In this document: positions 60,631-64,000 of the stretch, in pieces
Numbering within the stretch: position 1 is the first letter of the stretch
Layout of the letters: every line of letters begins with the position of its first letter
NCBI GenBank assembly: GCA_964016885.1
Contig: OZ024741.1
Span: 346,332,001-346,396,000, forward strand
Origin: Eledone cirrhosa
Lineage: Eukaryota
Direction: 5' to 3'
Length of the DNA: 64,000 nt
Translations under genes and position numbers: made by a program
Notes under the pieces: generated by a model
Database searches by the model: none
Seen by the model: only the letters and a program-made list of their open reading frames with translations
What the model was told of the DNA's origin: nothing

Positions 60631-61576
60631 GAAAAAAATGAAACGATATTTCATTTCCCACTCTTAGTACGGCTGTTACTTAAATATAAGTATGTACACG
60701 TACATACATATATGTATACCGACGTACAGTAGTATGTATATATATATATACATATATGCACACATATATATATGCACGTATGGATTCACCGAACATTTAT
60801 TATAATGCTCGGTGTGTTTGTAAACAAACATCCCGTATTAAGCCGTAGTGTCTAGCAACCACCGTTGCTCGTTTGTTCAACACTGACAAAGGAACGCTGT
60901 ACTAGTTTCAAGCTTGTTAGCTATCGTCAGCAACGTATACCTTTCTGCCAGATTGTTGAACGTATATACTTACCTTATGCATATTAACGGCTGAGTAGCC
61001 CAATTTGCATATCGAGTGGGTTAATCGGCCGGGTGCACCAAAAACGATAAACGGAAAAAATGAAACAAAATTTAATTTCCCACTCTTAGTACGGCTGTTA
61101 CTTAAATATAAGTAAGTACACGTCGGTATACATATATGTATGTACGTGTACATACTTATATTTAAGTAACAGCTGTACTAAGAGTGGGAAATGAAATATC
61201 GTTTCATTTTTTCCGTTTATCGTTTTCGGTGCACCCGGCCGATTAACCCACTCGATATGCAAATTGGGCTATTCAGCCGTTAATATGCATAAGGTAAGTA
61301 TATACGTTCAACAATCTGGCAGGAAGGTATACGTTGCTGACGATAGCTAACAAGCTTGAAACTAGTACAGCGTTCCTTTGTCAGTGTTGAACAAACGAGC
61401 AACGGTGGTTGCTAGACACTACGGTTTAATACGGGATGTTTGTTTACAAACACACCGAGCATTATAATAAATGTTCGGTGAATCCATACGTGCATATATA
61501 TATGTGTGCATGTATGTATATATATATATACATACTACTGTACGTCGGTATACATATATGTATGTACGTGTACATA

Positions 61577-61580
<4 letters not shown>
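60627..61580. mobile_element. non-coding palindromic retrozyme-like element, copy 2
   Basis: Arms fold back around 61120-61145; about 422-nt period in the left arm (60655/61077); HHR on each strand; (TA)n on both sides. Confidence 0.8.
61331..61373 (+). ncRNA. minimal type I hammerhead ribozyme, family C (mirror 60894-60936 on -)
   Basis: acgttg CTGACGA tagctaacaagctt GAA ACTAGT A cagcgt; GUA site. Confidence 0.88.
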
Positions 61581-61629
<49 letters not shown>

Positions 61630-61711
61630 ATGTATAGTGAATAAAATGTATAATGCATATAAGTATACATAATGAATACATGTGACGAATATATATATAT
61701 AGCAGTTCTCT

Positions 61712-63062
61712 GACTACAACCAAAGAGACATAATCAGAGTATACAAAGGAGCCAAGGAGAAGTATAAAACCCCCATAGAAATGGACACGAAAGGAATTTG
61801 CCCATTATACAGGAGCAAATCAGTGAATAGCTTAGATAGGACTAAACATAAGATAGGGAAAGCCACTTCATGGTACGACAACCAGAGATACCAGAGTGTC
61901 ATATTCGGGGATGCTACCGCTGGGGGGAAATTAGCTAACCAATGTAGAAAGGCCCTAAGAAAGACCCACTTAAAGATTAAAGTGGTAGAAAACCCAGGAA
62001 CTACCATAAAATCTGTGATTAGCAAAACATAGACATTTAAGAAAACCCACTTTAATAAAAAGACATGTGTTATATGTAAAATGAACCCCCGGATAAACTG
62101 TAAAACTAGAAATGTAGTCTATAGCATAAGATGTACAGAGGTTACTTGCAGAAACATGACAACATACATAGGTGAGACAGCTCGAAGCATAAGAGAAAGA
62201 ATAGACCAGCACTGGTGGAATTAAAAGGACAAAAAATTGTTTCAGTACTGTGATGTTGCTATTGCATTCATGTTTTCTATTTAATTTTGGTTGGAGTTCA
62301 TTTATGTTTATTGCCTCTGTGATTTGTCTAAACATTGCGTCTTTTCTGTGTAGATTTTATTTTTCTGTGTGTAGATTTTATTGTTTCAGTACTATACGAA
62401 CACGTCCGACAAAGACATCACGGTAATATACACAAAATAGAAATTAAAATAATATCTAAAATAGAAATTACTCAACAGGTAGGTAAATAACTGAAGCAAG
62501 TGAAATAGAGCTTAGAAGACCAAAGTTAAACAGAAAAAATCGAATGGAATAACAACAATAACCTTACACAAACAAACAATACTGACTTAAGGGAAATATA
62601 CATAAATAAATAAATATACACTTAAGTGCAATAATAACAAACACATATAAACACACACTAGTGAACAAAGATAGAATACAAAAACCAAAACACATACACT
62701 CAAACGCGAACATTATACACACGCGCAAACGCATGCGCAGAGATGAAGACAAGGAATAATAAATAAATAAAATAAAAATCGTGTAGTCATTACAATACAA
62801 TACAATACAATAGGAGGGAACATAATAATAGTACCACTGATGATGTTGCAGATGTGCAACGATAGAACGTTGATAGACTATATGCATATATATATATTTA
62901 TATCTGTATTTTTAACCGTTGGTCAATCAATGATAAACTTTGACTGCCAAATAAATTAACCATGGAGATATAAAAGATACAGAAGCGAAAACAGTGAGTG
63001 TGTTCTATTATTATTTCTGTCAATATTATTACAACAATATGAATCTCCCCAAGTATAACAAT
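61712..63062 (+). mobile_element. second Nematis-like PLE subfamily, 3' fragment
   Basis: CPLYRSK..SWY..KIKVVENPGTTIKSVISKT..NVVYSIRC..YIGETARS; family-M pLTR. Confidence 0.82.
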
Positions 63063-63091
63063 ATATATATATATATATATGAATATATATA

Positions 63092-64000
63092 TAGTGGTAG
63101 AACACTGGAAGTTAATATCCGCAGAGGTATAGAGCACTCAGTCCATGGGACGAGTAAGGTAGAAGTGGTTACACAACAGTTAGTACACCATACCGAGAAC
63201 AATTGTTTCAAATCAGCTCGTAATGGATATGGTTATACGGAACAGGAAGGACAACCGTACGAACGCGCATGCGCAGAAACGGTCAATTCACTCAGGCAAT
63301 ACTAAATTGCGTGCGAGAGGTGTAAGGGAGATAACTGCGAAAGTCCGAAAGTTTCTAGTTGATAAGAAAATTAGCATGTTGTAATTCAATCCGGAGCTTT
63401 GCAGTGTTTTCAGACGTGTGGACAACGTGTGAAGAATTCATTTCTTGAATTTAGACAATCGCTATTGCATAATCTATTTAGAATATTTATTTTTTCATCA
63501 ATACATAGTCCACACGATGGATTGCCCTTTGCCTATGGCTTGGACTAAGTGATGGCTTTCCATTGAATGGAGTAGTCTATACTTGAGTCCTTGAAGGACC
63601 ATACGTGGCTCGCGAGTTTCGTGGATGAACGTCTGTCCGGGTACCTAAAGGTCGACTGGTGATTCAGGAAACGTTCCTTAAATCGGCCCACCGCCATAGC
63701 CACATAGCATTTGACCTCCTATAGTTCATTTGGTCGGTTGGAAGTGACGACAGCTTCATAAACTAGAGCGGGTGTGTTGCATTGCAGTTGAAGGGGACAA
63801 CCTTCGGGCTTACGGCAAGAACACCCCGGTGGGGTGTTGCTCTTACGCCTGTTGGTGATGTGGTCCTTCATGTTATTAGCGCAGGAGTATCCTAGTTTTA
63901 CTTTGTGACTGTTAAAGATGGAGCGGTATTTATGACCTATGGGAAAGTGTCTATCTAAGAGGGATAGACATGTTTTGCCTACATTGGTTTTATCGTCGAG
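63092..64000 (-). mobile_element. Hydra-like PLE 3' fragment (continues past window end)
   Basis: Homologous to 46358-47282; HHR stem II deleted near 63210. Confidence 0.8.

Overview
AT-rich eukaryotic, repeat-saturated DNA with no confidently identifiable host gene. The dominant tRNA-derived SINE resembles octopod cephalopod SINEs, so the taxon is inferred. Long (TA)n microsatellites carry many Penelope-like retroelements (PLEs; RT plus C-terminal GIY-YIG) from at least three lineages, tentatively Hydra-, Neptune- and Nematis-like. The window also holds two decayed Helitrons, a GC-rich CRE-like non-LTR element, RTE LINE fragments and about 10 SINEs. The main signal missed by the ORF track is about 30 type I hammerhead ribozyme (HHR) motifs in about 14 sequence families, folded by eye. 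Most have family-specific palindromic stem III, and one has a U3-A8 core variant. Several sit in non-coding palindromic or partly tandem retrozyme-like units with a ribozyme on each strand. A young ~3.4 kb inverted duplication spans 28.3-38.7 kb. All YIYI-type ORFs are microsatellite artefacts.
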